Assembly (NCBI GenBank): GCA_964106645.2
Contig: OZ067039.1
Length of the DNA: 64,000 nucleotides
Source of the DNA: Podarcis pityusensis
Taxonomy: Eukaryota
Strand: one strand, 5' to 3'
Shown here: piece by piece, positions 16,054 through 28,710 of the stretch
How positions within the stretch are numbered: the first letter of the stretch is position 1
How the letters are laid out: each line of letters begins with the position of its first letter
The notes under the pieces: generated by a model
The model's database searches: none
Told to the model about the DNA's origin: nothing
What the model saw: the letters and a program-made list of their open reading frames with translations, nothing else
Made by a program: the position numbers and the translations under genes

Positions 16054-16399
16054 TAACATGGAAACCAACGTCTAGTATCTGTTGTTTCAGAAGAGGATGC
16101 TCTTCCATTTTATTTATTTCTATTAAAGAGTAAATTTCCTCATGAACAATCATTGGATAGCGGTAGAGTGCAGCATGCCGACTTAGGCAACTGAAAAGTT
16201 GACCATGGCCATACTACACATTCATGTCTTTCTTTCATAAATAAATTGTTTCAGAAATAGGAAACCCCTCCACATGTGAGGTAGCCTGCATCTAATTGAG
16301 GTATCTTAGGTTACTTCTCTGATGTGAAGCTTGTTTTGATGTTATTTCCAGTCAAATTGTGACCCTCACTGCCATGTTTGAAATTTCTGCCTTTTATAG

Positions 16400-16624
<225 letters not shown>

Positions 16625-16835
16625 TAATGCTAAGCCACTTTGCAGTAGACTTAATTATAATTCAGAATTCTAATTGCTTGTATAATTTAAGGATGAAGCC
16701 TTGTGCAGGTGTTAAAGGCACAAGAACATTCATTGGTTCAAGATTATGAGAAGAACTAAGGGGTTTTTTTGATTTTTGTTTTTATTTACTGCCTACAAAT
16801 ATTCTGAATAGTCTTCTCATCTGTTTCATTTGCAG

Positions 16836-16946
16836 CACTATGGGCAGTCTAAACCTTTTAATGATGCAATGGATATTCTAAATATGGTTTTTACTGCAGT
16901 GTTTACTGTTGAAATGTTTCTGAAACTCATTGCATTTAAGCCCAAG
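16836..16946 (+). CDS. CACNA1D: exon 30, IVS2 ([37 protein letters not shown])
   Basis: 111 nt. Confidence 0.95.
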
Positions 16947-18938
16947 GTAAGAGAATTTGCATTGTTTAGTTAGGATTAGTTATGCCTTTGGATCAGTTAT
17001 TTTAAAACCACATGTTTTTTCTGATTAAAGAGACAAATAGCAAACAAGGGTTCGTGGTAAAGTATCAGAGAAATCTTCACAGAACTATTCCATCTGATAA
17101 TGCTGTGCATGCAACTGCAGGAAATGAGATGTAGACATGTTTTTTAAATGGTTGCTGATTAATAGATGCGGTCAGGAGTATCTTGTTGTTAAATCCCCTC
17201 TTTCTAAATCATTCCTTTCGAGAGCTGAAAAGTATTCTCCCACCACCTTAAGCTGTACACACGCAACACAACAATTATTCATGAACTTTTGTAGACAATA
17301 CTAAGGTTAAATAAATACTATGGATCAGCTAGCACACTTGACCACTTCAGTAGCATAATATCACAAACCACTGTCACATAAATGGTCAAAATTAAAGCTG
17401 CTTGAACACACAAGTATTTACAAATTGGTTATTTTGACAGCTGTTAGTAAACATTTTCAAAGACACAAGCAGGTTTCAGCAATGGTGAGCGCTTCATATA
17501 AACCTGAATTTGAAACCAAAACTTTTTTAAAAATTCAGAATTTGTAAATTTTATAATTTTGATGCAGATTTCTTATGTACGATCTAATTTCAACCATTTT
17601 CTTGTGCCTGTGGCCTTGCAGCAAGCTTTTGCAGCCTGAGGGCCACATTCCAGAACTGGGCGTGGCCAAGACCAAAGTGGGTGTGGCCAGCCCACATACA
17701 CAAACCACACTTGCACACAACACACATCCATCCATCCTCTCACTCACTCACACACCTGTTTTGTCATGCACAGTTCCAGCCTCTCACTCCCACCTGTACA
17801 CATTTAGACTTAAAAATACTGTACCTTCTATTAGTTCTTATAGGAATTTCCCACCACACACATCTACTTGCAGTGTGTAGGGCATATTCCGTAGAAAGTT
17901 ACAGTGCATGGGGAAGGCTAAGCCTTCCTTCCCCAGCTATGAAGCTCCTGAAAATAACCCTACATGGCAGGTGGAAGGATGGGAGCCACAGGCTGCATCT
18001 GGCCTTTGAGCCTTGGCCTCCCCACCCTGACTTAAAATGCTGTTTTTTCTTGGAAGGCAAAAAATAAATAAAAAGCATCTTCCTCCTTTTTTTGGAGAAC
18101 AATAGCGTGCTGCATCGATACTCTTCTCCCTGCAGAAAGGAGAGTCAGCCTACATGTTCGTGGAAGTTCCATTGTTGGAACAGCCTCTTATTTTATTAAA
18201 AGCATCTGGGGGAAGGGGTAATTTGGATAAGGGTGGGGTTCCTCCTCACATTAATTAGTAGCCAGTATCCCCCTTCCTCCAAGGTGCTTTTAGCTGTGAA
18301 AAGAGAACTGTATGGATTAAACTCTTAAGTCTGTTAAGTTTTCCCCTCTGCAGCTGATACCAGCTTTGGAAGGGGTAGTTTAGGTGAAGGCAGTAGTGCA
18401 AGGCAGAGGGTCAGTGCCCCTCACTGTAGCCCTAAACTAAATTGAAGGGGCCATGCCTGGTTTTGGAGAAATTAAACAGCATCAGGAGCATAGGCTAGTC
18501 CTACTGTTAGAAGAGGTGGTCATTTCAGGCATCAAAGGCAAGGGGCAAAGATGGGTGAGGACCTGTTGAAGGGCAGAGCCATGAAACCTGTTCTGCTTTC
18601 CTTAAGCTAGCCTGCTTTCCTCAGGTGCAGTAGAGGATGTTCTGCTGCTGACAGCATTGAAGTAAGATTAAACTATCAGTTTGGTTGGCTTTCGTATGTG
18701 AAATGGGAGGGAGGGTGCCATCTTGTCCTTCACCTCTTGGGCTGGTCCTGATCAGGCGATCCAATTACAAAACATCCATACCATGTGCAGTGCTTGACCC
18801 TTCTGAATTGGTGATGAGAAATTTGCAAATAAAGGTGTTTTAATGCCAGCTGAAACTAATGTTAGATGTATAATTTCATGAAAGACAACTGTTGCCTAAT
18901 TAGATATGGAATTGTTTCCTTTTGCCATTTTGAATCAG

Positions 18939-18968
18939 ATTTGTGTGCCAAAAAAGAAAAGATACCTA
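18939..18968 (+). CDS. CACNA1D: exon 30a, 30-nt cassette microexon in the IVS2-S3 loop (ICVPKKKRYL)
   Basis: aatcag|ATT...CTA|gtaagt with a perfect donor; in frame; same position and length as the chicken hair-cell 10-aa insert as I recall it (~IFVRKKERWL). Confidence 0.82.
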
Positions 18969-21110
18969 GTAAGTAGATGTACATTGGGTTTTTGCAGTGA
19001 TGAAAGCTGTGAGATGTGTGATGCAAGTATACTTGCTGTGACTTGTCCATATATTGCATTCTCCCTTTTCCAGAGTCATCTTTATTTCTTTTACTTAGTG
19101 TTATCTATTTATTTATGTTTGCTTGCTTTGGCTTTGCACATTGCTGGGAACAATATTTGTTCACGCTGACAGGAAAGGTTTGCCTTAAGAGATTGATATG
19201 TGACATGTTGTTCCAATATTCTGGCAGGTCCCATAGTATCTCCATTGGACTCCTTCCTTCCAACTAGAAAGTCTTCCCAAGACTCTCACACCACGATGAT
19301 AGGGTCTTCTAATTGCCTCCTGCTCAGTAACTCATGTTCTGCTTGAGGGGAAGGTTTTCAGCCCATCAGCATTTCTTCAGGGGTGTCTGATTCCTGTCCA
19401 TGGTTAATCTTCAAATACTTGAAAGTTGTCACATAGGACCCAAACCAATGAGTTCCAAAGCTATGATTCTAATAGAAACATGGCTCACAATGCTTTATAT
19501 TGCTTGAAATTCTTTTTTATATTAATATTGTAAGAACAGAATTCGAAATTACAAAGAAAAATGAAGACTGTATTTCATAGGCCCTCTCTTCATGGGATAA
19601 TCATGGAATTATCAGGAAAGAACCTTATAATAAAACTCCATACCCTTTAGAGATTTCATTGAACAAATGAGTCTTCAGAAATATCTGGTGGTTTGGAATA
19701 ACCCATGTAATAAAGTCTGGAAGTGCTAGTTATGCTGGTTTGTTTGTTTTTATTTTCCTTCCCAAATTTGAGATTAAAAGATACACTAATAGTACAGAGC
19801 AGAACTGTTTCAAAGCTGTTTTAAAAATATTTCTCAATAAGCACACACAAGTAGCTTAAAACGAGCAAGGGGCTTAAATGCTGCCCATTAGCTTTATGTA
19901 GTCTGTCTTGCCTTTCACCATTATGTCACAGTGTTTCTGTTCTGAGCACCATCTTTTTCCATTTCAAATGGACTTGGTTCATTTTCAAGCGCTTCTTAAG
20001 GAATCTTAATCATACAGCTACCAAAACCGTCTGCATATGAGTGGTGCAATTTTGGGTTGGCTACCCTCCTTTATCCCACACATATGATTCAATGCTACTC
20101 TGCTGATCTTTTGATTTTCAGTACTATGTTAGCTTTCTCAACTTGTAGAAGCACACATTTACATCCCCTTCTCCCCTGAATCTTCTGAGTGCTGTAATTT
20201 TAGCTTTTTCACAGCTCATGCCTACAGGGAGTATTTTTTCATAAACAATAGTGGTGATGCATCAGAGTATTGAAGGACATCCTGTACAAGAAACCTGGGG
20301 GAGGCAATTTGCAACCGACTGATCTTACTGCTGCCCAAGGGTCAGCTTTCCCCCCCAAATAGGCATGCTATAGGAATTTGATTTCTATCATTTCCGGTGC
20401 AAACTGACATGATATACACACTCTGGACCCAATGTGTGGATCAAAATCTAATGAGCCCCTGGGATTGTGCACTTATGCAAATTTTGTAATCCACTGCTTG
20501 GTTCAAAAAATGTACCACCCCCCCAAAAAAAATGTGTATTTTGGCCTAAAATACATTTAGAAGTGTAAATGCATTTAAATATTTCATTAAAAAAATAATC
20601 ACAGAATAATGCAGAAGGCAGATGGAATGGATTTATGAATAAGCCCGTGTGAAATTGTCACAGAGTGGGAATAGATTAATCTGCCTATCTCCAGCGCCAG
20701 TAGTTTAGGAGAACAGAATAGCCACCCTAAGTTGTTGTATAGTTTCCAACCTTTTACCCTTTGGAAAAGGATTGGAAAGTGGACTCCTCTGAGGGCAGGG
20801 GTATGGAACATCTGGCCTGTGGGCCTATTCAGACCCACCAACAGGATCCAATTTCCACCCTGTCCTGTACAAACCTGTTTACACTGCTCACAGATTCACT
20901 GCTCTTCAGATTCCTGTCAGCATGTGGGGATCAAATCATGTCACATATCAGCCTTTCCTTCAGTAGACAATATTGTTTGGTTTTTCTCATGACACCATGG
21001 ATTTTTGTTTGAAGTAATTTCTGTTTATGAAAAAACTAAACAGAAGTATGCAAATATTTTGACATTTCATGTGTAATCACAAACGTTTGCACCCTGCCTG
21101 CTCTGTTCAG

Positions 21111-21194
21111 GGCTATTTTAGTGATGCCTGGAACTCGTTTGACTCCCTCGTCGTTATTGGCAGCATAGTAGACATCGTTCTCAGTGAAGCCGAT
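21111..21194 (+). CDS. CACNA1D: exon 31a, IVS3 ([28 protein letters not shown])
   Basis: 84 nt, ttcag|GGC ... GAT|gtgagt. Confidence 0.95.
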
Positions 21195-21511
21195 GTGAGT
21201 ATACCCCAGCCAAACCCCTTCAGTCCCACTTCTCTCTTTTCTGTTTTCCTACTTATTTCTATTATCTGGACAAGTCACAGAATTTGGATATATTTCTAAA
21301 CTGAATGCGAGCCATTCATAGTTCAGCTATGGCAATTTAGGAAAACAACTAGCTGCTGTTGGCTTCCCATTTTCTCAGACTTGAGGTAAAAAATGCAGTA
21401 CTGGTGCATTGCGGAAGCTCAGATTGTGTTTCTGTGTTATAACACTGTCCTTTTTCTTCTCTTTCTTTTCTGTTTCTGTTTTCTCGTGCTACTGAATGCT
21501 TGTCCTAACAG

Positions 21512-21595
21512 CACTATTTCACTGATGCATGGAACACTTTTGATGCCTTAATTGTTGTTGGTAGCGTCGTTGATATTGCTATAACAGAAGTTAAT
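21512..21595 (+). CDS. CACNA1D: exon 31b, alternative IVS3 ([28 protein letters not shown])
   Basis: 84 nt, acag|CAC ... AAT|gtaagt. Confidence 0.95.
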
Positions 21596-24500
21596 GTAAG
21601 TAACCACCATTCACCCCACTACAAAGTAATCGCTGTCCGTCAGAATAGAATAGAAAAGTAGAAATAGAGTTAACGACCCATGAATCCCAACACCCTTTTT
21701 GGTTTTGTTTCCGAGGAATGAATTGTTTTAGTACTGTGTGAAGCAGTGGTTCTATCATTAACGCAGTAATGACTGCTGACAGATGCACAAAAGCTAAGAC
21801 AGAATGAATTCAAGGCCATCCTATTACAAAGGTGTCTAAAGGAAATTCAGACCTGTACAACCTGTTGCTTCTCCCATGTCTCATAGTTGACCAACTATAA
21901 ATAGTAGCTGGATTGGGGCTGAGTGAACTTCTTGCTTTGTTGCCTGCCTGGGATTAAAAATAAATGGCTGAGGGGCTGAACTTGATTTGATGACTCATAG
22001 GTTGCCTAGACCTGATTAGTGTAAGCAACTGGGGAACCTCCATTACTTTTGGAGAACTCACTTTACTGGCCATGTCTGTGATGCAATTGTAGTGTATTTC
22101 TAAGCTATTTTTTTGGAGTTGTTGCTAAGCACATAGAGCTGCTGCTTGCTGCCCTGCCTCCAAATACCTTATTCCTCTTCTCCCAAAGGAAACAGTCTCC
22201 ATATTTCCATTAGAAGGTAGATAGTTCCCATTTCCTGAGGGTTATAGAGCTCCACGAAAGATTTTATTCAAGTCCAACAGGATTCAAGCAGTTTCCAAAT
22301 TAGGGTTTTTCCCCTGCTTAGACATTCACTTGCACAGATAAATAACCATTCTCTTCCATCATCTCTGAGTTCAGGGTTCGGGAGATTTTTTGAAATCTTA
22401 AACCCTCTTCAGACTTAAATGAACTCACTGTTCTTGTTGTTCTCTGTAAATTAGAGGATACAGGTCTGAATTGGGAAACTTCCTTGATCGTTGGAGCCTT
22501 CCCACACATTTTAAAACTCTAATTTTCCTGGGTTCTAAAACACATAGGGAACTTCCACAAGTACAAGAGGCTTAGAATTCAGGTGGCCATCCTTCCAACT
22601 CATGGAAGAAGACATAAGCCTTTCAAAATTGATTCTTGAATCTTAATACCTAGCAGATGCCATGTGTTATTGCTCCATAGAAATACTGTCCTCTGGCTTT
22701 CTGGAGTACAGTGTTCATAAGAAAGCACATAGTTACCACCAAATTTTATTTTCATGCATATATCTCACACATGAGGGTTTCTCATCTAATGAAACTTTGA
22801 TTGAAGAGATTATCCTCTTTGCCCTTGAGACATACACAGATATTGGCACATTCTACTGCTCTGTGGCCTCTAAATATTGAAGAAAAGGGGACAGTGAAAG
22901 TAGGGCCCAGAAAGTCCCGTCACTGATTATCAGCTGGTAAAGGTTAGTGGGCACAGATGAAGCAAAGAACTGGGGTGGGTTTGGAGAACCCCCAGAACAG
23001 CATGCATGAGAGGGGAGTGGGGATCATTTTGTCTGGCAGGCTTAAAACTTCTGCTGATAGTACAGTCAGAAGAGTGTGATGCTGGATTCCTCCCTTTCTA
23101 TTTGCACATTCCTCATTTAGAAGAAAAGTTGCTCCAGATTCAAAACCTGGACTTCCAGATGTAATAAAAGGAAATATTTATGATTTTTGCTTGCTCAATG
23201 CTTTTGCATTTAGGGGGCACATAAATATTTGTTCACCAAGCAATACTTCAGCCCAAAACATAACTAATTCGGAATAGCAGATACTCAGATGCTCAACCCT
23301 ATGCAAAAAATACTTGAAAACATACCCAGTTTCTTTAAGAACTGAGCTGTCCACTGTAAACAGAACTGACAGCTTAACATATATTGTAGTTTACACATTT
23401 GACTTGGAATGAATAGATACTTTCACACTGTGTACTAATAACATCTATAATAATCCGTGTCTTCTTCTTTTAAATATAATAATGTCAGGTTATTTATAAT
23501 CCTAGAAAAATGCCGTTCTTGAGAGTGGCCAAGAAGACTTTAAAATTAAAGTTTAATATTTTCAAATACTACCCCCCAATTAAATTATACACTATTTTTA
23601 CTCTAACCTTAAAATGCTGTTTTAAACAAGCAATGTGCCTTCTCTTTGATGTTTTCTTAATCCAGTAATGACTGATATCCTCTGTAATGAGGGCCTAAAA
23701 CCTTGTCATATATATTGGGACAGGAATAGATTAATACTCCTCACCAGAGTAATGACCAGATCCATGCCTAATAATTTTTAACTTACCCTTATTCCTTAAC
23801 TTGTTTTAGAAATGAGGAGGAGGCTGGTTAGGCATTAGTTTCTGAACTTGATATGTAGAGCATTGGGCTCATGCACACGTATGCACCATCCTCTCTGGCT
23901 AAAAATATTTATTACATTTTTATCCCATCATCCTTCCAAGGAACTCAGATTGGTGTAAATGGTTTGCCTTTTCCTGTTTTATTCTCATTCAGCAACCCTG
24001 TAGGTTGGGTAGTGTGAGAGAAGATGATTGGGCCAAAGTTAGCCAATGAGATTTGAAGCTAACCAGGTTTCTCTGACCTGCATCTTGACATACAATTGAG
24101 TTCAGCACACTGGCTCTCCAGAAGCATTGAACAACTTGGCTAAATACCATATTAATCTGAATTATCGTGGATTTCTCTGAATTTGTTTTGCCTCCCTCTT
24201 TTGAAAGAGAGCGTCAAATAGTGGATTCAGAGAAATCCACGATACAAATCGATGTGCTTTTCTAGTGGGACCAAAATTACTTTCTACTGTGGGGCAAGGA
24301 ACTAGGGATGATGCATGAGCATGCAAGACCACAAAAAACACATCCCATTTAAAATAAGGTACCATTTGAGTTTCCTTTCAGTGTCTCGAGTACCAGCTGT
24401 CATCTTTAAATTTGCCTAACTGCATGCTTCTTATGTGAAAGCAATGTCTCCATGGTGGTGCATTCTTGGAACTGGTAGTAGCTCTAGGCCCATAAACAAG

Positions 24501-27500
24501 ATGGTGACATCAACTTGCAGGATGGCAACATTTGCTATATCAAAATAATATCAATAGTCATTTGTACAAGAACCATTTATACAAGCGAGCAACTTGGACT
24601 TCTTAAATACTATTATATTCTACTCTATTGTAGCATTGCAAATATGTGTCAGTCTTATAATATTTGTGATACTCTAGGATTAGGAAATGAAGTTCACCAA
24701 GCTTCCAGAGAAACTTTGGGGAGGAGAGGGACAAGAAACTGCTGTAGGATACACTCAAAAGCATAGAAAATGTCTTGAAACTCCACTTCAATGTTTATTG
24801 CTGCATTTGTTTCAATGAACTCAGGGACAGGTACCTTAACCTTACAGTAACCAGTCAGATAGGTTATGCTATGAGAGAGCTACTTACTCTGCAATGAACT
24901 TCTAGACCAATCTGGGTTCCCCACATGTAAACCCAGCACTTTAGCCACTACTCCATTCTGAACCAATGCCTGCAGGAATAGGTGTGTTGTGAGAATTATA
25001 GTTCAAATATTGTGCTGTATTGCGATACTGCTGAATTTCATGCATTTCTGTTGTGTTGTTTTAACTGGTTTTCATGTTCATTTTACTTTTAGAAATTTTT
25101 AAAGGCAAGTGAATATATACGGTATAAGAGTTTACAGATCAAAAGGTCTGTTAAAGGCCATAACATATCTTTGTATATTTGCTCACATTTTGTCTAAAGG
25201 AAATGCCACATTGTTGTACACAAAACCCCTGACCGACTCTAGTCATCTAAATGGTTCCATCTCACTCAGACATGTGAGTTATTCGTGAACATTACATTCT
25301 GCAGACCAACTATATAATTAATGGAAGGGCCTATTTCGTACCATTTTCCCTTGGATATCCTAATGGGCCTTAATTGTTCTACACTTCTACTCATATGTAC
25401 TATAAATAACCACCAAACTTTCACCTCACTTGAAAGAAATTAGTTGGAAGATTTCTGAAATGCCGTTTTGGGACATTCAGACGCTTTGGCCCTGTAAGGA
25501 TTGTAATGTTCTCAATTTTAGCATGTCAAGGGTAAGAAACAGTTTGGATGGCTATTGCGGGGTTCCTCAAGAGCATGTTCACTTTGTGTTACACTGCTTG
25601 ATTTTTTTAAAAAGCTTCAGTCATGGTGGTGTAGAAGAAAGAGCAGGTTGATTTTTAAAAAAAATAAATGCCATTTACTTTGCTTGTTTGATGGACTGCT
25701 AACAGAAAGCACTGAAGGGGTGCACTGTCAGACTTAGTAGTTGTCAGACTTAGTAGTTGTTGAGGTTAGGGCAAGATGTACATAGCCAGTAAGAGCAGAG
25801 TCTTAAAGCTGCTCAGAACAGCGAACAAACATATCCCAAAAGTCTTTCCCACGTCCTGAAAGTATCAACTGATCTGAGGTTTTCTGCAATTGCGGATTAC
25901 CTCCTTTCAGTTCCTTCACTGGTCAGGACCAGGTGGTGGTATTCAGGCCTAGGTGATTGCTGCCTTGCTTTCTCACAAGTCCTGACAACTGTCTGCTCTC
26001 TTATATCTCTTATCTAGTGAACTTCATTAGCAGTAAACATGTTTACAATGAAACAGGGTCTCAAGTAAACGGATGGAATTTGCTTAAGAAAACCTAATCA
26101 TATTGCTATCACCTGAAAAGTTTCCTGAAGACTATTGAGCAATTATATTTACATGCCACCCATCACCCACAGGTCACAGGGTTACAACCACAGGCAACAT
26201 GAACAAACTTAGTTAACAGGACTTTCTACCTCTGGCTGGTAATTTTGGAGAGACTGTATCCAGTACACTTCCAGCCACTACAGTCCATACATGCCAAGAA
26301 GCAAATTACTTGATAATGCTTTAATGTAAATAGCATTTTTATATTGCTTCTCTGATTCCCAGAGTGATGAGATATAATTAAATGTTAACTACAGTGGCCC
26401 TCTATTTTCCCCTCCCTAATTGTCCACAGTGCGTTGGAAAGAGGACTACAGGACCAGTGTCATTTGTGCGCAATCTGGAGGGCAAGGTTCATGCTTCTTT
26501 GACATAGGGGGGAAATAACTGGCTTTGTTCATTTCCTGCCCTTCCAGTTTTGCGCTAAAACATCAAGCCAGTCGTGTTGAATATGGGGTGTTTTTCTTAA
26601 GAAGCACCTGGTTCACTTTGGCACTAAATGATTGTTAAATAGAAGCAGGAGTAGGCATGAAGAAGTGCAACTGTTCCTCACATGAGTGCTATTTCATCAC
26701 AAGGGTGGCTCTTTTTGGAGTGCTTGTGTAATTTTTATCTAGAATTAATTAACACATGAATACTAAACCAAAAACAACTGAAGCTGGTGTATGTGTTCTT
26801 CTTGGTTCATTGATCTTACAATCACTTTGTAATATTTTCAGTGACTTTAACTCTGCAGCATTACCTTATTTTGGTTTTTATTTATTTTGTTACTTTTATA
26901 ATTTTTTGTGTTTTGTGCTTCTTGTTTTTAACACTTTTGTAAGTCACATTAGGCTGTGTTTTAAGTGGAAGGGAGGAGTGTCAGTTATCTGAAACAACCA
27001 AATAAAATATCCACCCATATAGGATTTAGTGGACTATTATTGTGGTAAATGGTGGCTGGAAGGCACCTTGTATGTCTCCTTCCAGCAACTGTTGCAGCCC
27101 GCTGGTGTCAAACATACTGGACGGCAAGCATTCTTAAGAAGGCATACAAAATTAAAAAGTAAACTGAGTACATTCCAGTATAGTGGCCTCCACTGCTGTA
27201 GGCAAACTGAGGAAATTAGTATTGAGAGTTACGATAAGTATATGAAATATACAAAATATTTACAGATATTTACAGATACAGGTGGCGAGAGGTAAGAAGG
27301 AAAGTACAGCATGCATGATGCAGGGTCCCTGTTCAAGCATTTTAATGCAGTGTTCTTCAGCCTCGGCTTCCCAAATGTTTTTGGACTACAACTCCTATCA
27401 TTACCAGGCAGGTGATGACAGTTGTAGTCCAACACCTGAGAACCCAAGATTGAAGAGCTCTTTTCTAATGAATACACGTAGGTTAAGGTGTTCCTGCCAC

Positions 27501-28247
27501 CATCATCCCTTTTGCTCAAATGGGCACCTGAGAAGGACTATTGTCTATTAATTAGGCTGCAGTCCAAACCATACTTACCTGGAAGTAAACACTACTAAAC
27601 ATAGTGAACCTGTTTTCTGAGTAAATGTGAGTCAAAGTTTAATATGTAATATTCAGGTGTGTGTGTGTGTGCTATTTTAAATGTATCAAAACATTTAAAG
27701 ATAAGCAAAACACTGCTAGTTTTTAGCTCACTTGAGGCTGCTAAACTGCAGTTTATAAACAAAGATTTTTAACATATGGGACATCTGTGTTGCAGAGCGA
27801 GCATGCTTTATTTGAGGAACTATTAAAATAAGATTTAGTAGCCCTCTTCTTCCATAGGCACAAACGTTAGGAGACAGCTCCTCATGTGCTTCAGCCAAGG
27901 TTCAATCAATAGTTTGACGGTCTGTGTGTCTGCTCAAATAGCGCCTGTGGTTGATATAAGTAGGTCATACTGTAACTTCATCATCATGTGGAGCCTTTAG
28001 AAGAGTCTGTCTGTATCTTTAGGTAACTGACAGTGCTGAGTGCCTTTTTTTATATCTCAGCTATCTCTCTCTTGTGAGTCTTAACCTCTCCGCTCTCTGT
28101 ATAAGTGATTATGTGATCTGTGCTTTTCTGTCTTGTCCTGTCTTGCCTGTATTGATTTGCCTATCTGACCACAATATCTTAACTCCCATTCTTCTGTTCT
28201 CTTAAGATTAGCAATAAGTAATGATGCGTACAGTGATAGTGAGCACT

Positions 28248-28710
28248 CATAAGAGCACATTAAGAGCACGACTGGATCAGACAGCGAAGGCATCCTGTCC
28301 AAAAGCATGCCTTTCTCACAGTGGTCAACCAGATGCCCGTTTATTTTAGTTTGGTCTATCTATATCCTGCCCTATACCCAGATAGCTCTGGATGGGGAAC
28401 GATTAAATTCAACTAAACACTGAAATCTCAATTGAAATTAGCACAACACACCAAAAAAATACAATGAAACAGCATGCCCCCAATATTCAGACAGTAGCAC
28501 AAGTGCCCAAAGGCCTAAATAAGCAGCTTGGTTTATAATTTCCAGCTGTGTAGAGAAAGCATTCCAGAGCCTATGGGAAGCCCACAAGCAGGCAGTGAAC
28601 ACAAGAGTCCTCTCCTGCTGTTGTCCCCTGTGACTGGCGCTCCTAGGAATGTTGCCTCTGACTCTTGAGGTAGACTAGTAGCCATTGGTAGCCTTATTCT
28701 CTATGAATTT
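28248..28710 (-). mobile_element. CR1-type LINE 3' end, interrupted by a ~230-bp second insertion (about 28338-28571)
   Basis: cataagagcac...ctggatcagac...ctcacagtggtcaaccagatgcc resumes as tatgggaagcccacaagcagg after the insert; related copies lie near 5930-6080 and 33895-34110. Confidence 0.55.

Noticed and set aside
25727-25760. 16-bp tandem duplication TGTCAGACTTAGTAGT
   Set aside because: An ordinary slippage duplication with no functional cue.
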